Below are positions 39,801-51,313 of a stretch of DNA of 64,000 bases, piece by piece (within the stretch, counting starts at the first letter, position 1; each line of letters begins with the position of its first letter). The stretch lies in the sequence record MK250021.1; one strand, 5' to 3'. The notes under the pieces are model-generated. The model did no database searches. It had not been told where the DNA came from and saw nothing but the letters and a program-made list of their open reading frames with translations. A program made the translations under genes and the position numbers.

Positions 39801-42800
39801 TATATACTTTTCCATTAGGAAATGATATTTTATAAATTGTAAATATTTTATTCATATATTATAAATGTAAAATTATAACATATTTATATTAACTTGGCTC
39901 GGTATTACCATGCATATAGTTTCACAACTTATGTTTAGGCTTCACCGATGCATTAATATCGCTATATTAATACATTGCTTGATTAGCAATTAAGCACATA
40001 AAGGACCCAAGTTGATCCCTAAATTTCCATTTGTGAAGTTGAATTCCTTTGTTTGTATCTTATTCTTAAGTCTGCAGTTATGTGTTATATTTCCATTAGG
40101 CATTAAGAAATATGGTTCAAGATTCTTATCGCAGAGTTCTACACAATAATAATCTTTTGGTTCATCAAGATTTACAACTTCAACCTTTGTAATTTTTCTT
40201 ATAACAATGTCTTGATCTACATCTTTAAAATCATTTCTAAACATACCCATATATTGTCCATACTCAAAGATAAGTTGATCTCCTGTTTGAAGCAAATATG
40301 CTTGCTTATCTTTAATCATCTTATCATCATCAATAATAGGGAATATATGATCCGGTGTAACTCTCATTACATTTCGTGATTCATCCGGATTAAAATCGTC
40401 TGGAGCGAAATAAATTCTTACTTCTTGAACTGCTTCTGCTTTTACAAACTTAGCATTTACCCATTCACCTGTACATTTACCTGTTGTACCATTAAAATTC
40501 ATATGATATACATTAATAATTTCATCCTTATGCTTTTCATATGCATTTTTAAATGACTCAACCATATATGCGTTTGAACCTGCGTTTTCTTCCATATTAC
40601 AAGGTTCTACATACATGAATGGAGTATCACCATCGAAACAACAACTTGATAATGAATCAACTGTATCTGACATATATGTAAAGAATGAATGACCTCTTGC
40701 ATATTCATCCGCCACAAAATCTGCAGATTCCTTATCAAGGAATTCTCCATCCTTATATACTAATGCGAAACTTTCCCATTTATATTCTATATAGTTCGTT
40801 ACACTATATACGTTCATAATAATGAACTGCTTTATGTTACCATAAAGATTAGACTATATCACAATCCTATAAATATAGGATTCTCCCCATTTCCACTCAC
40901 TTGAGTGTACTTCCTTTCGGAATAGTCGTTGAACCTTATTATATAAATGAATATTTATGACCATAATATAATCTATTTGCATTTATCGATTTTACTAATC
41001 CTGATATACATGCAGTTCCTCCAATATTTTTAATAACTTCGGACATTGATGAATATATTATATTATTATCTAAACATTTTATTTTCTTTGGAAACGTTTT
41101 TCCCTTCATCGTATTACCAAATGTTTTAATAGAATATAATTCATTCTCTGATTGTGTGCACCATTCTAAATTATCTACTCTATTATCTGATCTATTACCA
41201 TTTAAATGATTTACAAATGGTTTATTTTCAGGATTTGGTATAAATTCTTGAGCAACAAGTCTATGACATAAATATCTAGTTTTAATAGAATTTTGCATTA
41301 ATGATATTCTTAAATAACCATCTAATGTATATTCTACTTTTAATGGTTTACCTTTATACGGACGTAATCCACCCCATCTACAAGGCACCATTCTATCTTT
41401 ACTTCTGAAATTACCTAAATTACTAACTTCAAATGCGCCATCATATCCTGTTATACTTTTCCAAATTTCTTCCATAATATTCTCTTATATAATCTTGGTT
41501 GCTGATTATCTAATAACTTCGCATATTTATTAGAGTTCCCAGCAGTTAAAGGAGTTTTTCAATAATAAATTACTTTATTATGCCGCAGATTGATTTACGG
41601 GGAAGGTGATTATCGTACGAAGACGTTCCTTATTAAACCATATCATGAAGTCTTTCTGTAACCATGAAACACTTTCCCAACATGGTCTTGTTCCTTCTTC
41701 ATCAGGAAATACAAATTCACCAAACATACCTTCAAAGAACGGTTTATCAAAATAAGAGAAATTTACAACATTTTTTCTTCTACATAAATCGTTACTTTAT
41801 GTACGTTACTATTTGTAACTGCTCTATGATTTCCATAGACGATTAACGAATTTCACGTTAAAAGGGTTTGTTTAAACCGTTTAGACTATATCACCAAATT
41901 TAATTTTCTTAAATTTGCACCTACACTTCCATAACACTTGTTATGTACTCTACTAACTCATTTAAAGTTTTCGATAGTCGTTGAACTTTTATCCTTGTAG
42001 GATAATTAGCTGCGTATGATTACCCAATCTTTATCGTTTTTACAATCTGATAGCCGTTATACTATCTGCTACTATCTATGTTACCATGATATGCTGTAGA
42101 TAAAGCTCTAAGGGACTTCCCGCAATTCAAGGTGTTTATTAACGTCAGCACATGTAATTTCTCTTATAATTTAATTATTACCAAAATTATGTATTTTATA
42201 CATGTGACAATTTTTACAATATGTTATAAGATTATCTATGTTATTAAGTTCTTTATTTTTTATCGCTAAATTAAATAATTCATCAAAATTATCAGTAGGA
42301 TTTAATTCTGGATGTTCTGATAATAAATTATGAAATAATATTTTAAATGGAACTATATGATGAACTTGAAGATTTTCATGACAACCGCATAGCTAACAAG
42401 TATTATGATCTCTCTCTATAACTTCTGGAACTAATCGATTAAAATATGTTCTTATTTTATTACCTAATCTTGTAGTATCTGTTGTATATGGAATATTAGT
42501 AATATTTAAACTATTTAATACTCTATTAATTACAGCTATTGTACAATTATATCTCCGTGCCAATTCTGTTTTTGATATTGACTATTCAATATATAAATTA
42601 TATAATTTTTTATAATCATTAAAATCTTCTGGTATTTCTTTTTTATGATAATTCCACATAGATTCTGCAAAAGTACGTCTTTTAATCCCATTATGTTTTA
42701 AATGACTTCTTATAGTAGTTGCTGAACAGTTAAATATTTTACCTATTTCTACTGTAGATTTACCATCATTATATAATTTTATTATTTCCTAATCATTTGT

Positions 42801-44293
42801 ATCATCATATTGTTCATAAACTTCATAATTAGTATTTTTTATATTATATTTTTTAAAATATCTATTAATAGTACCTTTATGACATTTATATATTTCTGAA
42901 ATTTCTTTCATTGTTAAACCATTATTAACATAATTTATTAAATCTTCTTTTTTAATTATTAATTTAGATTTTTCAATATTCCATTTTCTTAAATATTCTT
43001 TAATATTTGCTAATGTTGTATTTCCTTCTTTAGCACACTATTTTCGTGTTAAACCTTTAATAACATAATTTTCATATAACCAATCTCTATCTTTTGTAAA
43101 ATATCTATAATTAGACATAATTTCAGATATGTAAAATTACATACAGGATTATGTAATTTTTAATTTATTTTAGTTTATGCTGACTATAATCCTCTGGAGG
43201 CCGCAGGTTGGTTAATTGAATACACGACCTATTGAAAGAATTGTTGAATACATGAACCAATAGTTCTTGTACCATCACCTATCTTAATAGGATTCGTAAA
43301 ATCTTTTATTGAACCTTCAACATCATATTGTGATAATTCTTTCTCATATGCTTCAAGTTCTTCATCTGTTAACTCTCTTTCTGAATTATAAACAAGTTCA
43401 TCACGAAGTTTGTTTAATTCGTCTGAACCAAAATCATGTTTTCTCAATGTATCTACATCTTTACACCAATAATTAGATTCATTAAGAAGTTTCCTATATT
43501 TAGGCCCAATCTTATAAAATTCTTTACTATGCAAATGATAATCTTCACCAAACTCTTTTCTTGCAAAATAATCAAAATAAACAAGAAATTCCGATGTTGC
43601 AACTGCACCTGCAAATTGAGCAGCAACTGCAAATACAAGATTTACATACATACCACAATAAGAATCAAGATTTTGTGGATGACATGAAAGACCTCCTATT
43701 TTTTCTAAACCATTATGAAGGAATGGATACATAGTTATACTTGTGCAATACGGACTTATGGCACCAGCGAAGCTAGACTCATCGTTCTTATATATAATAT
43801 GGTTTTTTAAATCTTTTTGATATTGTTTTGCTTTAAAATTTGGATATAGTTCTTTAAGTTTCCTTGTAATCATACCTCTGCTTACAAGAATATTATCAGC
43901 TTTATGAATTTCAGCATTTAATACACCGATATTCTTAGAAGAAACATTAGAATTATCATCTACAGTACTATTTGCAGTATTAGATGCATTCTTATATCTT
44001 TCAATAAATGCTTCCTTATTAGCAACCCATTCTCTAATTTCCTTTTTCTTGTTACGATAAAGAATAAATTCTTTCGCAACTTTAGGATAATCATGAGAAT
44101 ACAAACTTGTTTCAATTTGATCCTGTATTTCCTCTACAGGAATACCATCATATGGTGTTATTGAGTTTGCAATATTAGCTATAGTATCTTTAGTATACTT
44201 AGTTTTCGTAGACTTAAACGCCTCACGAATCGCTCGTTTAACTGTCTAAACACTATAGTTCTCAAAACTACCATCACGTTTCGTTACCTTCAT
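36888..44293 (-). CDS. nrdD: Class III anaerobic ribonucleotide reductase in six exons: 44293-43177, 41768-41597, 40776-40015, 38788-38304, 37554-37216, 36970-36888
   Basis: ATP cone MKVTKRDG; junctions rebuild QSA-FVNFSYFD, TFP-VESFAL, NLG-IQTGSKSV, EDG-YWVP, RIIG-YLTK. Exons total 2958 nt = 985 aa, or 797 aa after intein removal; 3 TAG=Gln. Confidence 0.92.
36971..37215 (-). mobile_element. Group I intron 5 of nrdD (245 nt, no ORF), within the glycyl-radical motif
   Basis: 5' exon ends U, intron ends G; P ATGCTGGAA, Q AATCAGCAGG, R CTCAACGACTA, S GGTATAGTCT. Confidence 0.88.
37555..38303 (-). mobile_element. Group I intron 4 of nrdD (749 nt) with an HNH gene in its 3' part
   Basis: U/G boundaries; R CCTGAGAGACTA, S GCAATAGTCC. 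Confidence 0.85.
37590..38010 (-). pseudogene. Intron-encoded HNH endonuclease with an apparent 1-nt frameshift
   Basis: MTTKICNKCGK..CKECR (38010-37864, ends TAA); continues in another frame as NKRSQK..CIICSE..DFHHIDP..CSNCHRKIH; A5 run at the junction. Confidence 0.65.
38789..40014 (-). mobile_element. Group I intron 3 of nrdD (1226 nt) with GIY-YIG gene
   Basis: U/G boundaries; ATCGGTGAAGCC, GGTAATACCGAGCCAAG, P7 variant GAGGTCAT/ATATGACC. Confidence 0.8.
38959..39855 (-). CDS. GIY-YIG homing endonuclease (298 aa; 3 TAG=Gln)
   Basis: TIYKISFPNGKVYIG*T (YIGQT), EIYYI, NGYNSTLGG; open to TAA 38959. Confidence 0.85.
40077..40640 (-). mobile_element. Mini-intein (188 aa, no endonuclease) in NrdD
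   Basis: SLSSC|CFDGDTP ... VTPDHIFP ... YCVE..YFLMPNGNITHN|CRL. Confidence 0.9.
40777..41596 (-). mobile_element. Group I intron 2 of nrdD (820 nt)
   Basis: U/G boundaries; CTGCTGGGAA, AATCAGCAACC, GTTCAACGACTA, GATATAGTCT. Confidence 0.88.
40939..41475 (-). CDS. NUMOD4-HNH homing endonuclease in intron 2
   Basis: EEIWKSITGYDGAFEVSNLGNFRS (NUMOD4), HRLVAQEF, VNHLNGNRSDNRVDNLEW. Confidence 0.9.
   Translation of the reverse strand: MEEIWKSITGYDGAFEVSNLGNFRSKDRMVPCRWGGLRPYKGKPLKVEYTLDGYLRISLMQNSIKTRYLCHRLVAQEFIPNPENKPFVNHLNGNRSDNRVDNLEWCTQSENELYSIKTFGNTMKGKTFPKKIKCLDNNIIYSSMSEVIKNIGGTACISGLVKSINANRLYYGHKYSFI
41769..43176 (-). mobile_element. Group I intron 1 of nrdD (1408 nt)
   Basis: U/G boundaries; AATTGCGGGAA, AATCATACGCAGC, GTTCAACGACTA, GATATAGTCT. 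Confidence 0.85.
42171..43118 (-). CDS. HNH homing endonuclease with HTH repeats in intron 1 (315 aa; 4 TAG=Gln)
   Basis: RDHNTC*LCG (TCQLCG), LQVHHI, DNLITYCKNCH; absent from the ORF track. Confidence 0.8.
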
Positions 44294-44430
44294 ACTTAGT
44301 TTTCTTTCTATTTTATTTTTGGTAAAATATTTATTCTCGACTATGAGAATTTTTCAAAATATTATTTTATATATTATATAAAAAAATGCAAATGAAGTCT
44401 TATAACAAACATCATTTGCATTAAAATATT

Positions 44431-45150
44431 TTAATTATTTTTAAAAATTTTTTCTTTCCAATAATTAAAGTCAATATCTTTGATTTGATATTGAATTAAA
44501 TTTCCAGTTAATACATCAGAAAGTTTTACAGGTTTATAATCATTTCCATCAACACCAACATCATATGTCATTGCTTTTTCTTTTAATTTCTTAGCAATAT
44601 TTGCATCTGTACCTGTATATGTTTCAACATTCTTTGGTGTATGCAGATGTCCATGTATATTGAACTTTCCTAAAAATTGACCATCACAATGTGGATAATG
44701 TGAAACTGTAAATTGAAGAATTATTTTATCTTTATAATCGTCATATATTTGTACAATAAGTTCTGTACTCCAATATACTTTACTATTCTCATTATATGGC
44801 ATCATATTCCTTCTTTGCAATACATTCTTTACATCATGATTTCCAATAATATTATAAATCTTTTCAGCATTAATATTATTAACCATTTCATCATATGTAC
44901 TTACATTACTAAATATAAAATCACCACAATTTATAAGTATTGGATTAACGCATTCAGATAAAGTTTCATTAAGATTATCAAATAAAACTTTATTCATTTC
45001 TTGTACATCTTTAAATGGTCGATTACAATATTTTATTATATTTGCATGATTTGCATGTATATCACTAGTAAAAAATATTCTATTTATATCAGATACTTTA
45101 AACTTTAATATATGCGGCCCCATTACTACTGTTTTCTTTTCTTGCTTCAT
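44431..45150 (-). CDS. Calcineurin-like metallophosphoesterase
   Basis: FTSDIH, CGDF, GNHD, SHYPH, HGHLH, DVGVD. Confidence 0.85.
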   Translation of the reverse strand: MKQEKKTVVMGPHILKFKVSDINRIFFTSDIHANHANIIKYCNRPFKDVQEMNKVLFDNLNETLSECVNPILINCGDFIFSNVSTYDEMVNNINAEKIYNIIGNHDVKNVLQRRNMMPYNENSKVYWSTELIVQIYDDYKDKIILQFTVSHYPHCDGQFLGKFNIHGHLHTPKNVETYTGTDANIAKKLKEKAMTYDVGVDGNDYKPVKLSDVLTGNLIQYQIKDIDFNYWKEKIFKNN

Positions 45151-45153
45151 TAT

Positions 45154-45408
45154 TTACCAAAATCCCCTTTTATAATCTTCATATTCTACATAACATCTTT
45201 CTACATTCCTAAATAGAATTTTAAAATAACGTGGAAGTTCATCATACATTAATGCTAAACATTGATCTACACTTAATGGATCAACTATATATTCATGTCC
45301 AGATAATTCCCAACATTTAGTTATAAGTTTTGCTTCACTTTCAACATAATCACACATAAATGGAGCAATCCATATATTACCAGAGTTCTTAATTGTTACA
45401 ATTCTCAT
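45154..45408 (-). CDS. Hypothetical protein
   Basis: 84 aa in an operon. Confidence 0.6.
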   Translation of the reverse strand: MRIVTIKNSGNIWIAPFMCDYVESEAKLITKCWELSGHEYIVDPLSVDQCLALMYDELPRYFKILFRNVERCYVEYEDYKRGFW

Positions 45409-45410
45409 TA

Positions 45411-46214
45411 TTACATATTTCTAAATGAAGTTTTTGGATCAAAACCTGCATTTATAATTTTTGTTTTATTATCAGGTAAGCATTCAGGTTCTTTCTTTGT
45501 TTCCCAAAGAAAATTCTCTATATCTATATAAACATTCTGTTCATTCGTTATTCTACTTCTATTTGAACCTAATACATCAAACTTTTGTTTTACAAATATA
45601 GGATTAATTGTTAATCCTGCATTACCATCAAGATAGTGAGAAATATCATCTGATTCATTAGCATACATAAAAGTAGGTGATTCAAGCTTTCTGAATATAT
45701 CTGGATTCTCTATTTTCCAACTTTGTTTTTCAAATTCAAATTTAGGAATATACCACCTACTATTTCTATCATACAATTTATCAATATGAAGCTTTTCTCT
45801 TAATCCATTTTTCTTACAATATTCATCAAATTTACATTGGACCTTATTATAAATTTTATCCCACAAATTCTTATCATGTACATATTCTTCAGCAACTGGT
45901 ATAGGATTTAATTCAATAGGGACATATGTATTTCTTGTAATTTTATGCATAATTACATAAAATGGACATATATAGATATAAGGATAAAATCCACATACAA
46001 TAGATTCCATCCATGCTACATAATCTTCTTTAAATCCATATGTATGAAAATAAAGATGTCCATAATCATGAATTTCCTTTATAATAGATTTATATTTTTT
46101 ATCATCTTTATCTATTTGTATAGGATTACGTACATAGGTAATACTTTCATCTGGTTTACCAAGAATAAATCCAAATGAATCATAAAAATCCTTATATTTT
46201 GATACTATTTTCAT
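45411..46214 (-). CDS. Conserved phage hypothetical protein
   Basis: MKIVSKYKDFYDS..KIINAGFDPKTSFR. Confidence 0.7.
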   Translation of the reverse strand: MKIVSKYKDFYDSFGFILGKPDESITYVRNPIQIDKDDKKYKSIIKEIHDYGHLYFHTYGFKEDYVAWMESIVCGFYPYIYICPFYVIMHKITRNTYVPIELNPIPVAEEYVHDKNLWDKIYNKVQCKFDEYCKKNGLREKLHIDKLYDRNSRWYIPKFEFEKQSWKIENPDIFRKLESPTFMYANESDDISHYLDGNAGLTINPIFVKQKFDVLGSNRSRITNEQNVYIDIENFLWETKKEPECLPDNKTKIINAGFDPKTSFRNM

Positions 46215-46219
46215 AATGA

Positions 46220-46672
46220 TTAAACTTTCATTTCTTTGTTAGATTCTGCAATATAAAGTTTCATATGTGTAAATATCATATATCCCCTATATACAGTATC
46301 TAAATTTTCATTTTCGTAAAAATGCTTTACTGCATTCTTCCTTTGTTCTTCACGTATTTCATCTATTCCTCTCCATTGAGATTCAGACCTATATGTATAT
46401 TCATTAAATTTAAATCCATATGAATATTGTTCATATAAATCATTATTTAGTTTTCGAACGTGATTATATATATTTTCCCAAAGTTTCTTATCTATCCGTT
46501 TATTTGCATTCATAAAAAGATAAATCATGTCATAATTATCTTCTATATATGTAGCAAATGTTTCTTTAATATATGGCTGAAATTCTTCATATGGATGATG
46601 TTTCTTTGGACGACCTCGTTTTCTTTTAACCGGTTGTTCAATAATTTCTTCAGTATCTTTAATTTCTTCCAT
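46220..46672 (-). CDS. Hypothetical protein with AT-hook-like KRGRPKK
   Basis: PVKRKRGRPKKH. Confidence 0.65.
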   Translation of the reverse strand: MEEIKDTEEIIEQPVKRKRGRPKKHHPYEEFQPYIKETFATYIEDNYDMIYLFMNANKRIDKKLWENIYNHVRKLNNDLYEQYSYGFKFNEYTYRSESQWRGIDEIREEQRKNAVKHFYENENLDTVYRGYMIFTHMKLYIAESNKEMKV

Positions 46673-46674
46673 TT

Positions 46675-46869
46675 TTACTTTGCAAACTTTAATTTCATAA
46701 TAAGTTCATCCACTAATTCACCTGGAACATCATTCACTTTAATATATTGATTATCAAACTCAGACCATACACATGTGCATTCAGTCCACTTCAATACATC
46801 AATTAACTTTTGAACCATATCCTTTGAAAGTGATACTTGATTATTATTTCCTTTAAGTGTAAAATCCAT
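46675..46869 (-). CDS. Hypothetical protein
   Basis: 64 aa in an operon. Confidence 0.55.
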   Translation of the reverse strand: MDFTLKGNNNQVSLSKDMVQKLIDVLKWTECTCVWSEFDNQYIKVNDVPGELVDELIMKLKFAK

Positions 46870-46990
46870 TATCGTTTTAATTTAAGTTATTAATATACAT
46901 ATATTACTTTAAAAATATTGATTTGTTTACTCATATAAAATAAAAAATCTCTAATAATCTTTCAAAATTATTAGAGATAAAAATATAAAA

Positions 46991-47785
46991 TTACTTTCCA
47001 AGAATTAAATTAGGAATTCCGTGACTACCAACATATGTTTTTGGTAGTTCTCCTGTCCATTTTTCAATTGCCATTTTTTGAATAAGCAAAGGTGTAAGAG
47101 ACTGTTCTTTCAACTTATTTGCTTTAGCTTCTGCTTCTGCAAGAACAATCTTTTTCTTTGCTTCTGCTTCTGCCACGCGTATCTCATTGCTGACTCGCAT
47201 TTCATCTTGTATAGCTTTGTTTTTAGCATTAATAGCTTCTTCATAAGATTTCGGATAACCAATACCTGGTGTTAGTTGCTGAAGAATAAAATGTTCTTTT
47301 GCAAATGATTTTCTAACTCTATCCTCAAATGATTTATCAACTGATTCTCGATTTGATACAATCTGATCTGCTGTATACTTGTTGAATTCAATACGAGCAG
47401 CGTCTCTAATATATACATATAATGTATTCTTTACAATATCATCAAGTTGCTTACGATATTTCTTAAATATAATAGGCGATTTCCCATCTTCTATTTTTAC
47501 AAGAACTGCTGGATCAACTGTAAATTTTGTTCCATCTTTACTGTTTACTTCAAATGATGGATAATCTACTGTCTGAATATATGTAGGATATTCAAATACG
47601 TCATTCGTAAATGGACAATACCATTTAACGCCTGTACATAGACTTACTTCACCCACACCCTTATCATCACCATAAAGATTTACATAAATACCTTCACACC
47701 CTGCGTCTATCCTCTCATACCAGCAAGATGTCAAACTCATACATGCTATAATAGCAACAATAAAATTCAATAGAATTTTCTTCAT
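46991..47785 (-). CDS. SPFH/Band 7 (prohibitin-like) lipoprotein
   Basis: Signal/lipobox SLTSC, ERIDAGCEGIYV, SKDG, AINAK..AEAEAKANK..IEKWTG.LP. Confidence 0.85.
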   Translation of the reverse strand: MKKILLNFIVAIIACMSLTSCWYERIDAGCEGIYVNLYGDDKGVGEVSLCTGVKWYCPFTNDVFEYPTYIQTVDYPSFEVNSKDGTKFTVDPAVLVKIEDGKSPIIFKKYRKQLDDIVKNTLYVYIRDAARIEFNKYTADQIVSNRESVDKSFEDRVRKSFAKEHFILQQLTPGIGYPKSYEEAINAKNKAIQDEMRVSNEIRVAEAEAKKKIVLAEAEAKANKLKEQSLTPLLIQKMAIEKWTGELPKTYVGSHGIPNLILGK

Positions 47786-47810
47786 ATAAAATTATATTTT
47801 AAATAGTTAA

Positions 47811-48062
47811 TTAATGTTGTATATTCTTATTCATTTCTTTTTGTCTCTTCATATATCTAATATAAAAATCATTATAATATCGCAATACAATAATACAGCA
47901 ATATATAGTAAATAATATAACAAATAACGCTACAATATTTAAAATCGTAGATGTTACAGAAAGTAATGTAGGTATTGCATATCCAAACATTACAACCAGC
48001 AGAATAATAAATCCTGATGTTACTGTATAAATTCCTAATTTTCTAAGTGGATTATGATACAT
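47811..48062 (-). CDS. Small two-TM membrane protein
   Basis: Two hydrophobic stretches. Confidence 0.55.
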   Translation of the reverse strand: MYHNPLRKLGIYTVTSGFIILLVVMFGYAIPTLLSVTSTILNIVALFVILFTIYCCIIVLRYYNDFYIRYMKRQKEMNKNIQH

Positions 48063-48171
48063 AGTTTTAATTTTTATAATTATAATTTTATATAATTATT
48101 TATTACATTTGTCTACTTTTAATATAAAGAAAAGAGAATAACAAGTTAATGTTATTCTCTTCAATATAAAA

Positions 48172-50208
48172 TTACTTTTCAATCATCTTAATAGATCTCT
48201 TAACGAATTTCGCTAAATCTTCACCTTGAAGCAAACCATACTGCAACAATGCAATATCAATCAACTCGTGAATATGATTATCTGTATGTGCATGATTATT
48301 GATGATTTCTTTCTTCTTCTCTAGGACTTTATCAAGTTCTTCCTTAATAGGTTTCTTTGCATCATCATTTTCTGCGTTTTCAAGGCGTGAATTAATGTCT
48401 TTAACTTGTTCATTAATTTCATTAATTGCAGGTCCAATTTCTTTTTCTGCAATCTTAATAATTTTCTTAACAACCTTTGAATCTGCATTAATTACAAATT
48501 TAATATTTGCATTATCCTCAAGATACATACCAGCATTATTAAGCATAGACATTTCTTTCATACGACGGAAGAACTCATCTGCGATAATAGTAATAGGCAA
48601 AGCATCCTTGCCATCTTGCTTAACCTGGAATTGATGTGTAATCTTAGGAAGATTCAAATCAATACAATCAAACAAAGAAATAAGCATACTAATAATATTA
48701 TCAGAAATTGGTTTAACTTTCTTTGTATCATCTTCTTTCTGAATAAGTTCCTCTGGTACTGCAGAGTCAATTCTCTTAAATGTTACATTCTTATCCTGAA
48801 GTTTCATCTCGAATGTATGAACTTCAAATGCACCATATTGACTATTAAACAACAAGATGTTATATCCATATTCCTTCAATGCTTCAATATATGTATATTG
48901 TGTAGCAGTATCATATGTATAAAGATATACAATCTTTCCATTCTTATCTTTCTGTGTCTCTAATACCTTATCATAATATTCATCAAAAGTATACATCTTA
49001 TTATCTGTATCAACAAGAAGAATAATATCCTTTGCCTTGTCAAAAATATTAGGCTCCGTTACAACACCAAGGTTAATAAATGTTTTAATCGTCTCCCATT
49101 TCTTTTCATATGTTTCACGATCTTTCTTCATAAGAGTTCTCAATGAACTCATTACCTTATTTGTAATATGTGAACTAATCTTCTTAACATTCGCATCATT
49201 CTGAAGAACTGATCTTGAAACATTCAAAGGAATATCAGGGGAATCAATCACACCATGAAGAAGACTCAAATAATCTGGCAATACACCATCAACATCATCT
49301 GTAACGAATACGCGGTTACAATACAAATTCAAATGTCTACGTTCAAAAATAGGATGTTTTTGATCGAATGCTGGGAAATAAAGAATACCCTTAAATGTAA
49401 ATGGTGTATCAATATTAATATGAATCCAGAAAAGAGGGTCAGGTCTACCAGGAAATGTATCCTTATAAAACTTAATATAATCTTCATCTTTAAGTTCTGA
49501 TGCAGACTTCAACCACAATGGTTCATCTCTTGTAATCAAATTTTCTGTAGGCTCTGGATATGTAACTTCACCTGTAGACGCATCTGTTGTAGGTGCAGGA
49601 ATATCTTTAAGATAAATCTTTACAGGAAGATATTCAGCATATTTCTTAAGAAGTTCAGAAAGTTTTGAATTATTTACATATTCCTTATACTCATCAGAAA
49701 TATGCATAATTACATCTGTACCAACAGTTTCTTTATCATCATCTACAAGAGTAAATTCTGTTGTTCCTTCACAAGTCCAACGACATGCTGTTGAACCTTC
49801 CTTATAACTCTTTGTGACAATCTCAACCTTTGAACTCACCATGAAACTTGAATAGAATCCAAGTCCAAAATGTCCAATAATCTGAGTATCTTTATATTTC
49901 TCAAGAAAATCATTAGCACCCGAAAATGCAATCTGATTAATATACTTCTCTACTTCATCAGCAGTCATACCGATACCCATATCAGATACAGTAATAGTAT
50001 TATCTTCATGATTAATAGATACTGTAACTTTCAAATCATCGGGATTTGCATTATACTCATTTGCGCTAATAACCTTAACAAGTTTCTCTGTTGCATCAAC
50101 TGCATTACTAACAATCTCACGGATAAAAATATCCTGATCGTTGTACATGAACTTTTTTATCAATGGAAAAATATCCTAACTAGTAACTCCAATATTACCT
50201 TTTTGCAT
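48172..50208 (-). CDS. htpG: HtpG (Hsp90) chaperone, Bacteroidetes type (678 aa; single TAG=Gln at codon 11)
   Basis: MQKGNIGVTS*DIFPLIKKF..FIREIVSNAVDA, DMGIGM, IGHFGLGFYS, DSPDIPLNVSRS. Confidence 0.93.
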
Positions 50209-50887
50209 ATTTAATTATCAATAAAATTTTTATTTAATTATTATACTCTAATATAAGTTAATTGTTTGAATTATTTTAAAATAAAAAAGGGTATAACCTT
50301 TAGAGTTATACCCTTTAAAAATTAATAGTATGTTTTTAATAATTATTCAAAATCTAAAAGTCCAATAAAATCTCCGCTTTAAATTAACCTCCAATAACAC
50401 AGGGACATTCATTACTCATTAATCATCCAATTAATCTATAATACTATTTTCATCTCATTTTCAACTCCTAAACTTATATCAAACTTTTATTTTAAAATAA
50501 AAATCTTTATAAAAATTATCATCTCATTTTCAATTCCAATATATTACTTCATAATCTTCAAATTAACTTTCTTGGGTATAATACTACTGTACTATTAAAA
50601 TAAAGTTTCAATAATACCTTCCTAATAAACTGAAATAACTAATAAATAGTATCTAATTTATGTTTTTACTTGATTTATGGGATTATCAGAAATATGTATA
50701 TTGTTTATTCTTAAATATATTTAATCGTTCATATTCTATTATATATTACTACAACTATACATATATTCATATCATATTTCTAATTATAAATATCTATTGA
50801 TACTTATCTGATAAAGGAAATGGTCATAAAATCATAATGGTTTAGCCTATAGATTCAGTTATACTATTATTTTTTATATTATATCTT

Positions 50888-51313
50888 TTACTTATTAGTA
50901 CTATCCTCTTTATTATTTTGAGCAATATCTTCATTCATCATTCGATAAATACGCTCAGGTGATTCATTGAATGTTGCAGACTCAATTGTCTCATTATTAA
51001 AGTAAATAGTTGATACATACTTTCCAGATTCCTCTGTTTGAGAAATAACAGAAATAATATCTGTATTTACAATCATTACAGAATTATCGTCATTCGAATG
51101 AAGCTTCAAAAAATCTGTATTACCAAAATCAATAATATTTTGATAAATTTTCTCGGGTGTTTCATTCACTGTAATACTATCAATATTATCATCATCAAAA
51201 TATACAGTTGTTACTTTATCTTCTGTACATACAATACTAATCTTATTAATACGTATAATAATAACACTGTTATCTTCCTTTGAATGAAGTTTCAAAAACT
51301 TATTTGTTGACAT
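50888..51313 (-). CDS. Protein made of two tandem FlbD/SwrD-like repeats
   Basis: FLKLHS..NSV.I....I...YF....I.S.T.NE.PE.IY occurs twice. Confidence 0.55.
   Translation of the reverse strand: MSTNKFLKLHSKEDNSVIIIRINKISIVCTEDKVTTVYFDDDNIDSITVNETPEKIYQNIIDFGNTDFLKLHSNDDNSVMIVNTDIISVISQTEESGKYVSTIYFNNETIESATFNESPERIYRMMNEDIAQNNKEDSTNK

Noticed and set aside
50330-50880. Replication origin or iterons (CATCTCATTTTCAA twice, AT-rich gap)
   Set aside because: Only two short copies in low-complexity sequence; insufficient support
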